The position numbers and the translations under genes were made by a program. Positions 29,590 to 39,728 of a stretch of 64,000 bases of DNA are shown one piece after another. The DNA is taken from assembly GCA_965219385.1 (NCBI GenBank), contig CBDCNM010000002.1, positions 2,722,936 through 2,786,935 on the forward strand. Direction: 5' to 3'. Position 1 is the stretch's first letter; every line of letters starts with the position of its first letter. The notes under the pieces are model-generated. The model had not been told where the DNA came from, made no database searches, and saw only the letters and a program-made list of their open reading frames with translations. Source of the stretch: Candidatus Latescibacterota bacterium. Its GTDB lineage: Bacteria; Latescibacterota; UBA2968; UBA8231.

Positions 29590-30432
29590 TCAGCCCTTTG
29601 CAAACTTGTGTATCAAGTTTTCGACCCCCACCTCGCCGACGTAGATGTCGCCGTGCCGATCCACCCAGATGCCGTGGGCGCCGTGTTTCCGGTCCGACGG
29701 GCCACCCTGCACCACCCACTGCGACAGCAAGCGCCCCTCGATGGTGAGGATGCTGACGCCACCGCCCTCGGCCAGGTAAATCAGATCGTCGGCATCGATG
29801 TAGATTCCGCAGGGGAAGGGTCGGCCCGGCCACTGCGCCACAAAGGTGCCGTCCGGCTCGAAGATCTGTATCCGGTTGTTGGGCTCGCGGTCCAGCACCA
29901 GGAGGCGCCCGTCGCCGGCCGGGAAGACGTTGTGGGGCAGGGTGAATTGTCCGGGACCGGGGCCCCGGCCGCCCCAGGTGCGCAGCAGGGTGCCGTCGCC
30001 GGCCAGGTGGTGCATGTAACACTGGCCGTAGCCGTCCGCTACGTAGAGTTCGCCGGACGGGGTGGTCACCACCCGGGTGGGCTGGTTGAAGGGCTGGCCG
30101 TCGGCGCCGGTCTGGCCCGGGGTGCCCAGGGTCTGGAGGAGTTCGCCCGCGGCGGTGAATACGCGCACGGTGTGATCGCCGCAGTCGGGAATGTAGATCC
30201 GGTCCTGGGGGTCAATCCAGATTTCGTGGGGGATCGAGAGGATGTCGTGACCCCATTCGGCGAGGGGGTGGCCGTAGCGGTCGAAGACCACCACGGCGGG
30301 GTCGGGTTCGCGGTCGAGGGCGTAGACTCTATCCTGCGAGTTGACGGCCACCGCGGTCACCACGCCCATGGGGCGCTCGCTGCCCCAGCCCGGGACGGCT
30401 TCGTATTTGTGGTTTCCGTCGCCGACGAGCAT
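29590..30432 (-). CDS. NHL-repeat protein (peptidyl-alpha-hydroxyglycine lyase-like)
   Basis: PHEIWID, FNQPT, YVADGYG, PGQFTLPH, HGIWVD..GDIYVGEV. Confidence 0.85.
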   Translation of the reverse strand: MLVGDGNHKYEAVPGWGSERPMGVVTAVAVNSQDRVYALDREPDPAVVVFDRYGHPLAEWGHDILSIPHEIWIDPQDRIYIPDCGDHTVRVFTAAGELLQTLGTPGQTGADGQPFNQPTRVVTTPSGELYVADGYGQCYMHHLAGDGTLLRTWGGRGPGPGQFTLPHNVFPAGDGRLLVLDREPNNRIQIFEPDGTFVAQWPGRPFPCGIYIDADDLIYLAEGGGVSILTIEGRLLSQWVVQGGPSDRKHGAHGIWVDRHGDIYVGEVGVENLIHKFAKG

Positions 30433-30512
30433 GGGTGCTCCTTTCGCATTTTCAAGTGAAATCGTCCTTGACAAAGTCCTCGGTAGGTTTGCGCGGTTTC
30501 GTTGTGTACGGA

Positions 30513-31667
30513 CTATTCCTTCACCGGCTTCCAGGCTATGGCGTACACGTCAGTGGCATTGCGCGCCGCGTCCCAGGAGTTGCCGGCCTGGCTGGAGGCG
30601 CTCACGGTCAGGATCCGGCCGTCGTCCAGGGCCACGCTGCCGTTGTAGCTGCCCACGAAGGTGGTGTAATCCAGGTAGTAGACCTCGTCCTCCCAGGTGC
30701 GGCCTTCGTCGCGGCTGATCATCCCCCGACTACCGGCCGGGCCCGGACCGTAGCGGGTGTCGTGCACCATGCACAGGGTGCCGTCGCTTTGCACCACAGG
30801 CCGACCCATGGTCTGCCCGAACACCGTGGTGAGCTGGCGGAAATCCCTCCAGGTGCGGCCCTGGTCATCCGACTCGACCACGCAAATGTGCTTGTAGGGC
30901 CACCCCCGGCTGATGCTGCCGTTGCGCTTCTCCAGGTCGGGAGGATCGCCGGGGAGCATGGGTCGCTGGTAGCGGTTCACCGAGAAGATCCTGCCCGACG
31001 GGGTCAGGGCGACACCGCCCTCGCTGGCCCAGTCGTTCACCATGTGGACCGGGTCGGACCAGGTGTGGCCGCCATCCATCGAGCGATAGACCCACAACTT
31101 GCCCTCGCCCGCCATGTGGACCAGGGCACCGTCCACCTCTTCAAAGACGTGATCGGGATGGCCGATGGCCGCCACCAGCCCGTCGTCCGGCAGGCGCAAA
31201 ATCCAGATCCCGCTGCCCCAGCACCCCGGCGGATTGGAGATCTCGGCCAGATCCTGCCAGGAGCGTCCTTCGTCCTGCGACCAGCGCACCACCACGTACT
31301 CGCGCGGGTGCTCTCCGGCGCTGCCCAGACACACGAAGCGCCCGTCTCCGAGCACGGCAAAATTCCCCCCGCCCTCCCCTTTGTCGTGCGCCGTCCAGAT
31401 TTCTCCCCCATCGCTGCTCCTGCAGATGATGTGGCCCAGGGGGGCGTAGATCGTGCCGCCGGGCGCCCGGATGGCATCCACCGCCTGGGGACTGGTCTCC
31501 CGTTCGCGCGGCAGCAACACCTTTTGCGCCGGCACCTCGCTCAACTCGCCGTTGCGGGCGCGGAGGATGTACGGACTATTGTGCATCTTTTCCAGCACCT
31601 CGGCCGAAGGTACGTCCACGCCGCCGAGCCGGTCGGTTTTCAATTCTGGTTGCGTCAGTGGGGACAT
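30513..31667 (-). CDS. BNR/Asp-box (sialidase-like) beta-propeller
   Basis: Five SxDxGxTW-type Asp boxes. Confidence 0.8.
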   Translation of the reverse strand: MSPLTQPELKTDRLGGVDVPSAEVLEKMHNSPYILRARNGELSEVPAQKVLLPRERETSPQAVDAIRAPGGTIYAPLGHIICRSSDGGEIWTAHDKGEGGGNFAVLGDGRFVCLGSAGEHPREYVVVRWSQDEGRSWQDLAEISNPPGCWGSGIWILRLPDDGLVAAIGHPDHVFEEVDGALVHMAGEGKLWVYRSMDGGHTWSDPVHMVNDWASEGGVALTPSGRIFSVNRYQRPMLPGDPPDLEKRNGSISRGWPYKHICVVESDDQGRTWRDFRQLTTVFGQTMGRPVVQSDGTLCMVHDTRYGPGPAGSRGMISRDEGRTWEDEVYYLDYTTFVGSYNGSVALDDGRILTVSASSQAGNSWDAARNATDVYAIAWKPVKE

Positions 31668-31870
31668 AGGGATTGCCTTTCTCGAACCTCGATGTGGGCT
31701 CAAAGGTGAATCCATTATGAGCGGCTATGCATATGCTACCTTCCCTTGAAGAGCGGATTGCATCCTTGTATTTTTGGAGGCAATCAGTAGTTAGGGGCTT
31801 AACCAATAGGGCTTGATGCATAGAGAAATATTGGAATATAAGAAAATTTTTCGGCGCAGAGTATTTTTTC

Positions 31871-31899
31871 TTGACATTCGTTTACCCCCCAATTACACT
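31871..31899 (+). promoter_or_regulatory. Putative sigma70 promoter
   Basis: TTGACA-17bp-TACACT. Confidence 0.6.
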
Positions 31900-31931
31900 A
31901 CTTCAGCCATCGTCACTGGAAAGGAAAGGCA

Positions 31932-32750
31932 ATGTCTCCCAAAAAAGTGCTGGTAACAGGTGTGTACGGCCTGATACCGGGAGCCATCTACAAGGGCTTG
32001 CAGGTGCAGCCAGAGTTGTACGATGTATATGCCCTGGCCCGGCGGCGCGTCCATTCGGATCGGGCTCCTCACGGCCGGGAGTTGCACATACCGGAGGACA
32101 AGTTCCACCTGGTGGATCTGGCGGATCTGGAGGCGGTGGAAAAAGCCGTACAGGGCATGGACGTGGTGGTGCAGATGGCCGCGGATCCCCGTCCCGAAGC
32201 AAGCTGGGAAAGCCTGCTTTCAAGCAATATCATCGGTCCTCGCAACATCTTTGAAGCAGCCCATCGCGCCGGTGTCAGGCGGGTGGTCTTTGCCAGCACG
32301 ATCATGGTGTCCTGGGGTTATCAACTCGACGGACCCTATAAGGCCATTGCCGAAGGCCGCTTCGAGGAAGTGTCCGAGGACGATCTCCACCCCGTGACGC
32401 ACGAGTGGCCGCTACGGCCCACGGGGCTTTATCCGGCCACCAAGGTATGGGGCGAAGCACTGGCGCGCTTTCATGCGGATGTCCACAATATGTCGGTCAT
32501 CTGCCTGCGGATCGGCTGGGTCAACGCCGAGGACCATCCGCAAAGACCTGAGCTGAGTGCGATCTGGTGCAGCCAGCGGGATATCGTGCAACTGGTCGAG
32601 CGCTCGATCAACGCCCCCGAGGACCTGCGCTTCGATATATTCTACGGGGTATCGAACAACAAATGGCGCTGGGTTGATATCGAACATCCTCGCGAAGTCC
32701 TGGGTTATATCCCTCGGGACAGCAATGAAGAGAGGCTTGCCAATTCATGA
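31932..32750 (+). CDS. NAD(P)-dependent epimerase/dehydrogenase (uronate-dehydrogenase-like)
   Basis: TGVYGLI, YPATKVWGE, CLRIG, IFYGVSNN. Confidence 0.8.
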   Translation: MSPKKVLVTGVYGLIPGAIYKGLQVQPELYDVYALARRRVHSDRAPHGRELHIPEDKFHLVDLADLEAVEKAVQGMDVVVQMAADPRPEASWESLLSSNIIGPRNIFEAAHRAGVRRVVFASTIMVSWGYQLDGPYKAIAEGRFEEVSEDDLHPVTHEWPLRPTGLYPATKVWGEALARFHADVHNMSVICLRIGWVNAEDHPQRPELSAIWCSQRDIVQLVERSINAPEDLRFDIFYGVSNNKWRWVDIEHPREVLGYIPRDSNEERLANS

Positions 32751-32939
32751 AGGGGCTGCTGAAGGAGGAAGGAGCCCTGCTGCTGGAGGCTCTGGAGCAG
32801 GAACTGATCGGCGGGATCGCATGGTGGGATTTTTTAGAGCCCCTAACAAAATGTCCAGCTGGCGTCGCGCGGCGGCGCCCACTCGCAGCCACTACCGCTT
32901 TGAGAGGAATTGAGAGAACTGAACGAACTGGATGCGACT

Positions 32940-34400
32940 CTAGCCACCGCCGAACAGTTTTACGGTCAGGCCCCATCCACTGATCCCGGCAAAGACGATC
33001 AGGATTCCGGCTGAAATAATGGCGCCGACCAGCATGGGAAGACGGGTGCGATAGGCGGGGGGAAGCTTGAAATTCAGGTACATAGCGGCGAGTATGACGA
33101 TTGCGATGGCGAGGTTGGCCATGATGAAGCCGGCGATTTGTATGAGGATGTTGAAGGGGATATTGAGCCACACAATAATCATGGCAACAGTGAAGATATA
33201 GGCGCAGATGGTGCGCTGGATTTTGTGGTAATCCCATGTACGCCCGGGCCAGACTGCCTGAAAAAATTCCTGCGTTACGCGTGCGTAGATTTCAGGCAGG
33301 GCCTGCAAGGTGCCCCACAGTGCTGCGATGATGCAGACGTAGTAGACCCAGACCAGAGAGGCGTGGATATTGCTCCAGACATGGGCCTGGTTGGTCAGCA
33401 GGCTCCAACCTACAAAGCGGGTTTCGAGGGGGTACAGAACGGCGGCACCGGACAGCATGAACGCCCCGGTCACGATGAGCAGGACAACGGCGCCCAGGCC
33501 GATGTCCCAGCGGAGCGGCGTCAGGAGTTGCCGCACCCGGCTCATCTGCTCGGGGGTTTCGGGCAGGTAGTCGATGGTATCGTGGGTGAAAGCGTGCTCA
33601 CGGATTTCGGCTATTTTTTTATGGCCGGTCAGTCCCCAGCCGTGCAATCCGACCCAGTTGGCATAGACGATGTAGCTCATTACCGAACCACCGACGTAGC
33701 CGAAGGTGGTTGCCATGGTCAACAGGGGGTGTTTGGCGGCATCCGGGGGAGCCCAGGCGGGCAAGTCCGGCAGGTGGCCAAAGCTGAAGAGGCCGACCAG
33801 CGCTTGGCGGAAATCGGGGCGCACCATCATGGTCCCGACAAGGGTCCCGACGACGAGAATGGTGCAGATCGCGATCTGCTGTTTTTCCAGTCTTTCGAAC
33901 GAGAGCCGCAAGCCCATTGTCAGCGCCAGCGCAATGAAACAGGAAGTGAATATATTTTCCCAGGTTCCTTCTGAAACAGATGTCGATAATGTTCCCTCTA
34001 AGAAAAAGTGAAACAGGTCACCGCATGGTTTGGCGATCGGCACCCAGGCCAGTGGAGCGCCCACCATCTCGAAACCCACCAGGGCAATCAGCAGCCAGCC
34101 GCGCGGCCCCGGCAAGCGCACCAGTCGATGGCCAATGTATTCGCCACTGATCGCGGTATAGCGCCCGAGCAGATAGGTGACAAATACTCCCTTGACAACG
34201 CAACTGACCAGTACCAGCCACAGCAGCCCATAGCCTGCCCAGGCGCCGGCGCGAACCACGACAATGGTCTCGCCCGCACCAATGGCGACCGATGCGACAA
34301 TGGCGGCAGGGCCGAAAACCGCCAACAGCCCCAGCAATTTTTTCAACGACCATGGCGCTGCAAAAATGCCGCTCGGCGACGGGATATCTACTTTGTCCAT
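32940..34400 (-). CDS. Nramp-like (APC superfamily) transporter
   Basis: FGPAAIVASVAIGAGE, YGLLW, GRY...GE; about 11 TM segments. Confidence 0.7.
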   Translation of the reverse strand: MDKVDIPSPSGIFAAPWSLKKLLGLLAVFGPAAIVASVAIGAGETIVVVRAGAWAGYGLLWLVLVSCVVKGVFVTYLLGRYTAISGEYIGHRLVRLPGPRGWLLIALVGFEMVGAPLAWVPIAKPCGDLFHFFLEGTLSTSVSEGTWENIFTSCFIALALTMGLRLSFERLEKQQIAICTILVVGTLVGTMMVRPDFRQALVGLFSFGHLPDLPAWAPPDAAKHPLLTMATTFGYVGGSVMSYIVYANWVGLHGWGLTGHKKIAEIREHAFTHDTIDYLPETPEQMSRVRQLLTPLRWDIGLGAVVLLIVTGAFMLSGAAVLYPLETRFVGWSLLTNQAHVWSNIHASLVWVYYVCIIAALWGTLQALPEIYARVTQEFFQAVWPGRTWDYHKIQRTICAYIFTVAMIIVWLNIPFNILIQIAGFIMANLAIAIVILAAMYLNFKLPPAYRTRLPMLVGAIISAGILIVFAGISGWGLTVKLFGGG

Positions 34401-34546
34401 CGGGATCCTCTAGGAGACAGTCTCTAAAGCTGCTGAAAAATAAAAAGATACGCTGAGGGCAAAGGGCTTGCAATAAACTTTTTTGGACCTGGATCTCGTG
34501 GGTGGGTGAGAAGGGTCATGCCGGGGGTTTGCGGAAGGACGATAAG

Positions 34547-35818
34547 GTGATTGCCGACTATCTGGCCATGCTGCGCCGGTTCAATCGCAATGTGCGGCTC
34601 TACCTGCTCAGCGGAGTGCTGATCGGGTTCACTACCGTGGGCGGCATCTACAACGTGCTGCTCAACCTCTATGTGCTACGCCTGGGGTACGGTCTGGAGT
34701 TCATCGGCTTGGTAAGTGCCACCGGTGCTCTATCCTTTGCCGTATTCTGCCTGCCGGCCGGTACCATGGGGCGGCGCTGGGGCATCCGGCACATGATGAT
34801 CGCCGGGATGAGTCTGATCGTAGTGGGCAATGCCTTGCTGCCGCTGGTCGAGTTTGTGTCAGCCGCCTGGCAGGCAGAATTTTTGCTGGCTACTCGTCTA
34901 CCCAGAGCCATGGGTTTTGCCCTGTACATTGTCAACGCCAATCCCTTCCTGATGAGTGCCACCAGCCCGGAGGAGCGCACCCACGTGTTTTCAGTACAGG
35001 CGGCTCTGTGGCCCCTGGCCGGCTTTGCCGGTGGCGTGGTCGGCGGCTTCCTGCCCGGGCTCTTTGCGAACATTCTGGGCCTTTCTCTGGACGATCCCGA
35101 GCCCTACCGCCATACCCTGTTTGTTGCTGCGGCCTTGCTGAGTCCCGCTGTTTGGGTCTTGCTGAGCACGCGCGAGGTGGGTACCCGGCAAAGCCAGGAG
35201 GGGAGCGCCGATGAAGCCGGTCCTGCCCCGCGCGGACCTATCTTCTTCATAGCCCTGGTGGTTCTCTTCCAGACCGCGGGGGTGGCCGGTATTCAAAGCT
35301 TCTTCAATGTGTACCTGGATGAGGGCCTGAGGGTAAGTACGGCCCTCATCGGCACCTTGATAGCCGCTGGTCAGCTGGTAGGAGGGGTGGCCGCCCTTTC
35401 CACGCCTCTGATATCGATGCGCCTGGGCCACAGGCGCCTCATTCAGTGGGGCTCGCTGGGTGCCATCCTCGTTTTCCTCCCCTTGATCTTTATTGCTCAA
35501 TGGGGTGTGGCCGGGCTTGCTTATGTGGCCCTCAGCGCCCTGGCCTCGATCCGCTTCGCGGCCTTTGTGGTCTATCAGCAGGAGATGGTGCCCGCGCGCT
35601 GGCGGTCAATCATGTCCGGTGCGGCCAGTATGGCGTCGGGCTTGAGTTTTTCGTCCGTTGCCCTGGTCGGGGGGTATATGATCCCGGCTCTGGGGTACGA
35701 CAGTCTTTTTCTGTTATGCGCCGGACTGACGGGTGTCGGCACCCTGGTCTTCTGGGGTTATTTCCGGGTGCCGCGAGGAGAGTACGCGCGCAGGGGGACT
35801 GTAGAGCCGGCCACTTGA
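34547..35818 (+). CDS. MFS transporter
   Basis: About 12 TM segments, G..GRRWG.R motif A, PEERTHVFS. Confidence 0.85.
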   Translation: MIADYLAMLRRFNRNVRLYLLSGVLIGFTTVGGIYNVLLNLYVLRLGYGLEFIGLVSATGALSFAVFCLPAGTMGRRWGIRHMMIAGMSLIVVGNALLPLVEFVSAAWQAEFLLATRLPRAMGFALYIVNANPFLMSATSPEERTHVFSVQAALWPLAGFAGGVVGGFLPGLFANILGLSLDDPEPYRHTLFVAAALLSPAVWVLLSTREVGTRQSQEGSADEAGPAPRGPIFFIALVVLFQTAGVAGIQSFFNVYLDEGLRVSTALIGTLIAAGQLVGGVAALSTPLISMRLGHRRLIQWGSLGAILVFLPLIFIAQWGVAGLAYVALSALASIRFAAFVVYQQEMVPARWRSIMSGAASMASGLSFSSVALVGGYMIPALGYDSLFLLCAGLTGVGTLVFWGYFRVPRGEYARRGTVEPAT

Positions 35819-35843
35819 TGGCGAAAAACAGGTGAGCTATACT
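35815..35843 (+). promoter_or_regulatory. Putative sigma70 promoter of the molybdo-hydroxylase operon
   Basis: TTGATG-17bp-TATACT. Confidence 0.5.
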
Positions 35844-35876
35844 ATGATTGGCCAATCAAAACGCGGGAGAAAACAG

Positions 35877-36755
35877 ATGATCGAGTGTCGCTACTTTGAA
35901 CCAGCCACCGTAGCCGAAGCCTGTTCCCTGCTGGCCGAGCACGGCGAGGGCGCCAGGGTAGTGGCGGGCGGACAGGATGTGGCCCTGCTGCTGCGGCGTG
36001 GCAGGATCGCGCCGTCGAGCCTGGTCAGCATCCACAGGGTGGCCGGGCTGGACCACATCACCACCTCGGCAGAGGAAGGCTTGAAAATAGGCGCTATGGT
36101 CGCGTTGCACCGCCTGGAGCGGGCCGGCGATGAGGACCTGGTCCCGGAGATGCTGGGTACAACAATGAAGAAGGTCGCAGATCGTCAGATCCGCAACCGC
36201 GCTACGCTCGGCGGCAGCATCTGTGCGGCGCACCCGGCCAGCGATATCACCGCGGTCCTGATGACGCTCAACGCTGCGGTGAGACTGGTCAGCGCCACCG
36301 GTGAGCGGCTCGTGGACCTGCGGGATTTTATCGCGGGTGCATTCTCTACCACTGCCCGACCGGACGAATTGCTACAGGAGGTGGTGGTACCGGTCCCTGC
36401 CGCGCCGCGCTGGGGAGCGGCGTACTGCCGGTTTGCCCTGCGCGGCGGAGATTATCCCGTGGTCGGTGCGGGGGTTTTTGCCGGCCACGACGATGGGGGG
36501 CGGTGCCAGCAAGCGCGCATCGTGCTCGGCAATTGCCAGGGTGCTCCAACCCGTGCTCTGGAGGCTGAGCAACGGCTGCAGGGCTGCGATCCGGTTGCAG
36601 ACGATCAGGCCGTGGCCGAGGCTGCCGAACGGGCCGCCGCCTACATCGAACTGCTGGACGAACCCATGGCATCGGGAGCGTATAAAAAGGATCTGGTCAG
36701 GGTGCTGGCTAGGGAGGCGCTGGAGGCCGCGGTGGCTCGGGCTCTGGCGACATAA
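35877..36755 (+). CDS. Xanthine-oxidase-family FAD-binding subunit (CoxM-like)
   Basis: AGGQD, QIRNRATLGGS, HPASD. Confidence 0.9.
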   Translation: MIECRYFEPATVAEACSLLAEHGEGARVVAGGQDVALLLRRGRIAPSSLVSIHRVAGLDHITTSAEEGLKIGAMVALHRLERAGDEDLVPEMLGTTMKKVADRQIRNRATLGGSICAAHPASDITAVLMTLNAAVRLVSATGERLVDLRDFIAGAFSTTARPDELLQEVVVPVPAAPRWGAAYCRFALRGGDYPVVGAGVFAGHDDGGRCQQARIVLGNCQGAPTRALEAEQRLQGCDPVADDQAVAEAAERAAAYIELLDEPMASGAYKKDLVRVLAREALEAAVARALAT

Positions 36756-36769
36756 TCAGGAGGATGACC

Positions 36770-37240
36770 ATGAAATACCCGTTGTCGTTGACTGTAAATG
36801 AAGAAAACTACGATGTGCTGGTCGAGCCCTACCACACCTTGATGGAGGCAATCCGCGATGGCATTGGACTGACCGGGACCAAGTGCGGTTGCGAGGACGG
36901 GCGTTGCGGAACGTGTAGTGTGGTGCTGGAGGGGCAGGTGGTAAAGTCCTGTGGGGTGCTGGCCCTGCAGATCCAGGGCAAAGAGGTCCTGACCATCGAA
37001 GGTCTGGGCACGCCTGAGAACCTGCATCCCTTGCAGGAGGCCTTCCTCGAGCACGGCGCTGTGCAGTGTGGCTACTGCACTCCGGGGATGCTGCTGAGTG
37101 CCAAAACCTTGCTGGACGAGAACCCGCATCCCGGCGAAGACGCGGTGCGCGATGCGCTGCTTGGCAACCTGTGCCGCTGCGGGGTCTACACCCATGCAAC
37201 CCAGGCGATTCTGAGTTTGACGGGACGAGATGAAGGTTAG
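36770..37240 (+). CDS. Xanthine-oxidase-family 2Fe-2S subunit (CoxS-like)
   Basis: GCEDGRCGTC, QCGYCTPG, NLCRC. Confidence 0.92.
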   Translation: MKYPLSLTVNEENYDVLVEPYHTLMEAIRDGIGLTGTKCGCEDGRCGTCSVVLEGQVVKSCGVLALQIQGKEVLTIEGLGTPENLHPLQEAFLEHGAVQCGYCTPGMLLSAKTLLDENPHPGEDAVRDALLGNLCRCGVYTHATQAILSLTGRDEG

Positions 37241-37367
37241 TGCAGGGCGGAAAAGCTTTCGCGCGTTTTCTCGGGGCCCGGGCCTGACTGAGAAGGCTGC
37301 TGAGATCGGTGACTCACAAAACGACGGACATTTCTCCTAGATCCACGGCTTGTAACCGAGGAGAGCA

Positions 37368-39728
37368 TTGCCGATGAACGTGGTTGGAACTTCTGCAAAG
37401 CGGGTTGACGGCATCGAGAAGGTCACGGGAACCGCCCAGTTCACCGTGGATATCGAGCTGCCGCGCATGATTCACGGAAAGGTCGTGCGCAGTCCGGTGG
37501 CGCACGCCGATATCGTGGGCGTCGACACCAGCAAAGCCGAGCGACTGGCCGGGGTGCGGGCGGTGGTCACGGCCGCGGATCTGCCGGATGTGCGCATGGG
37601 CATCCTGACCCTGGACGAACACTTGCTGGCGCGCGACAGGGTGCGCTTTGTCGGCGAACCGGTCGCGAGCGTGGCGGCGGATACCCCGGAGATCGCGCGT
37701 GCCGCGTGCGACTTGATCCAGGTCGAATACCGGGAACTTCCCACCCTCTTCGATCCGGAGGAGGCCATCAAGCCGGATCCGCCGGTGGTGCTGCACGAGA
37801 ACTACGAAGAATACGAGAAACTCCTCGAACTGGCCGAGATGGACAAACGCCCGCCGAATTTGTGGCAGGCCTACCGCATCCGTCACGGCGATGTCGATGC
37901 GGTATTCGAAAAGGTCGAGGCCGAAGACGGCTTTATCCTGGAAAACCGCTACGCGACCGGGTACGTGCACACCGCCTGCATGGAGCCGCACGCTGCGGTG
38001 GCCCAGTGGAGCGCCGATGGCGCCCTGACGGTTTGGGTCTCGGGACAATCCCCCTATATCGCGCGCGACGGCCTGGCGCACGCCCTCGAGCTGCCGCCGT
38101 CCAAGGTCCGGGTCATCGTGCCCTTTGTGGGTGGTGCCTTTGGCGGTAAGCTCACCGCCAAGGAAGCGGGCATTGCCGCGGCTCTGGCGCGCAAGGCCCG
38201 GCGGCCGGTCAAAATCGTCCTGACCCGCGAGGAGGAACTCTCCGCTACCTCAGCGCGCACCCCGTTCATTTTTTATCTCAAAGATGCGGTGAGCAAGGAA
38301 GGGCTGCTGCTGGGGCGCAAGATCACCTCGATCTTCTGGGGCGGGGCCTACAGCGGCGAGGGCATCCTCAAACCCGTCTTTTCCACCCACCTCTACCCGG
38401 GCTCGTACCGCCTGTCCGCCTTGTGGGTGGACTCCTACGGGGTGTACACCAACCGCATCTCCGCCGGAGCGCTGCGGGGCTACGGCTGTGCCGAGTCGGC
38501 CTGGGCCATCGAGACCCAGATGGATATCATCGCTGCAAGGTGCGGTATCGACGCGGTGGAACTACGGGTGCACAACCTGCTGAGCGAAGGCGAGCGCACT
38601 GCCATCACCATGCCGGTCCACGCTTTCAGCGCCCACGAGTGCCTGAAAAAATGCGCCGAGGCCATTGTCTGGGGCCGCAAGAGCGACCAGCCCGGTCATC
38701 CGTGGTATCGCGGCAAGGGCATTGCTCTGGGCAACAAGTATTCCTTTGCCCCGACCGCTGCCAGCGCCGAAGTCAAGGTCCTGGAGGATGCCACCTTCGA
38801 ATTGCGCACCAGCGCGGTGGATCTGGGGCAGGGCGTCTATACCATCCTCACTCAGGTGGTGGCCGATGAGTTCGGGGTGGAGCTGGGGGCGGTCAAGCTG
38901 GTCACGCCGGATACGGCGGTGACGCCCTTCGATCACGTGGCCGGCTCCAGCCGCCAGACCTTTCACTCGGGCAACGCCACCCGCATGGCCTGCGAAGACG
39001 CCAAACGCCAGATGTGCGCCCTGGCCGCGTCCCGCCTGGAGGTAGAGCCCGATGCCCTGAAGGTCTACCAGGGGCGGATCTTCGCGGTGGAAAATCCCGC
39101 TCAATGCATTGAGATCCAGGATTTGTTCGTGGTCGAGATGCTGGCTGGCAAGCGCCCGGTGGATGTAGAGATCATCGGCAGGGCCACCTGGGAGGTTTCG
39201 GCCAGTCCCTACGATCCGAATACCGGCCAGGGCGAGCAGCCCATGGCCTACCTGGGGCACGGCGCCCAGGCCGCGGAAGTCGAAGTCAACGTGGAGACCG
39301 GGCAGGTACGGGTGCTCCAGTTCGCCTCGGCCATCGACGTGGGCAAGGCCATGAATCCGCAGGGGGTCGAGATGCAAAACTTCGGGGGGGCCTGTATGGG
39401 CATCGGCATTGCCCTGCACGAGGACATGTACTTCGACGAGGGCGGCCGCATGAAAAATGCCAACTTCGTGGACTACAAGATTCCCTCGGTCGCGGAGATG
39501 CCGCTGCACGAGTACATGAAATCCATCATCGTCGAAGTGCCCCACCAGCACGGTCCCTACGGAGCCAAGGGGGCCGGTGAGATCGTGGTGGTGCCGACTT
39601 CACCGGCTCTGGGCAATGCGATTCACGATGCTATCGGGGTGCGGCTCTTCGAGCAGCCGTTGACGCCGGAGAAGGTGGTGCAGGCGTGGAAGGAGAAGCA
39701 GGCAGGAGGGGAGGAATGCGGAGCATGA
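37368..39728 (+). CDS. Xanthine-oxidase-family molybdopterin-binding subunit
   Basis: MEPH, GGAFGGK, LRGYG, DLGQG, DYKIP, AKGAGE. Confidence 0.92.
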   Translation: MPMNVVGTSAKRVDGIEKVTGTAQFTVDIELPRMIHGKVVRSPVAHADIVGVDTSKAERLAGVRAVVTAADLPDVRMGILTLDEHLLARDRVRFVGEPVASVAADTPEIARAACDLIQVEYRELPTLFDPEEAIKPDPPVVLHENYEEYEKLLELAEMDKRPPNLWQAYRIRHGDVDAVFEKVEAEDGFILENRYATGYVHTACMEPHAAVAQWSADGALTVWVSGQSPYIARDGLAHALELPPSKVRVIVPFVGGAFGGKLTAKEAGIAAALARKARRPVKIVLTREEELSATSARTPFIFYLKDAVSKEGLLLGRKITSIFWGGAYSGEGILKPVFSTHLYPGSYRLSALWVDSYGVYTNRISAGALRGYGCAESAWAIETQMDIIAARCGIDAVELRVHNLLSEGERTAITMPVHAFSAHECLKKCAEAIVWGRKSDQPGHPWYRGKGIALGNKYSFAPTAASAEVKVLEDATFELRTSAVDLGQGVYTILTQVVADEFGVELGAVKLVTPDTAVTPFDHVAGSSRQTFHSGNATRMACEDAKRQMCALAASRLEVEPDALKVYQGRIFAVENPAQCIEIQDLFVVEMLAGKRPVDVEIIGRATWEVSASPYDPNTGQGEQPMAYLGHGAQAAEVEVNVETGQVRVLQFASAIDVGKAMNPQGVEMQNFGGACMGIGIALHEDMYFDEGGRMKNANFVDYKIPSVAEMPLHEYMKSIIVEVPHQHGPYGAKGAGEIVVVPTSPALGNAIHDAIGVRLFEQPLTPEKVVQAWKEKQAGGEECGA

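Noticed and set aside
35877..39728. Aerobic CO dehydrogenase coxMSL
   Set aside because: Lacks the AYxCSFR and AYRGAGR loops; no cox accessory genes.
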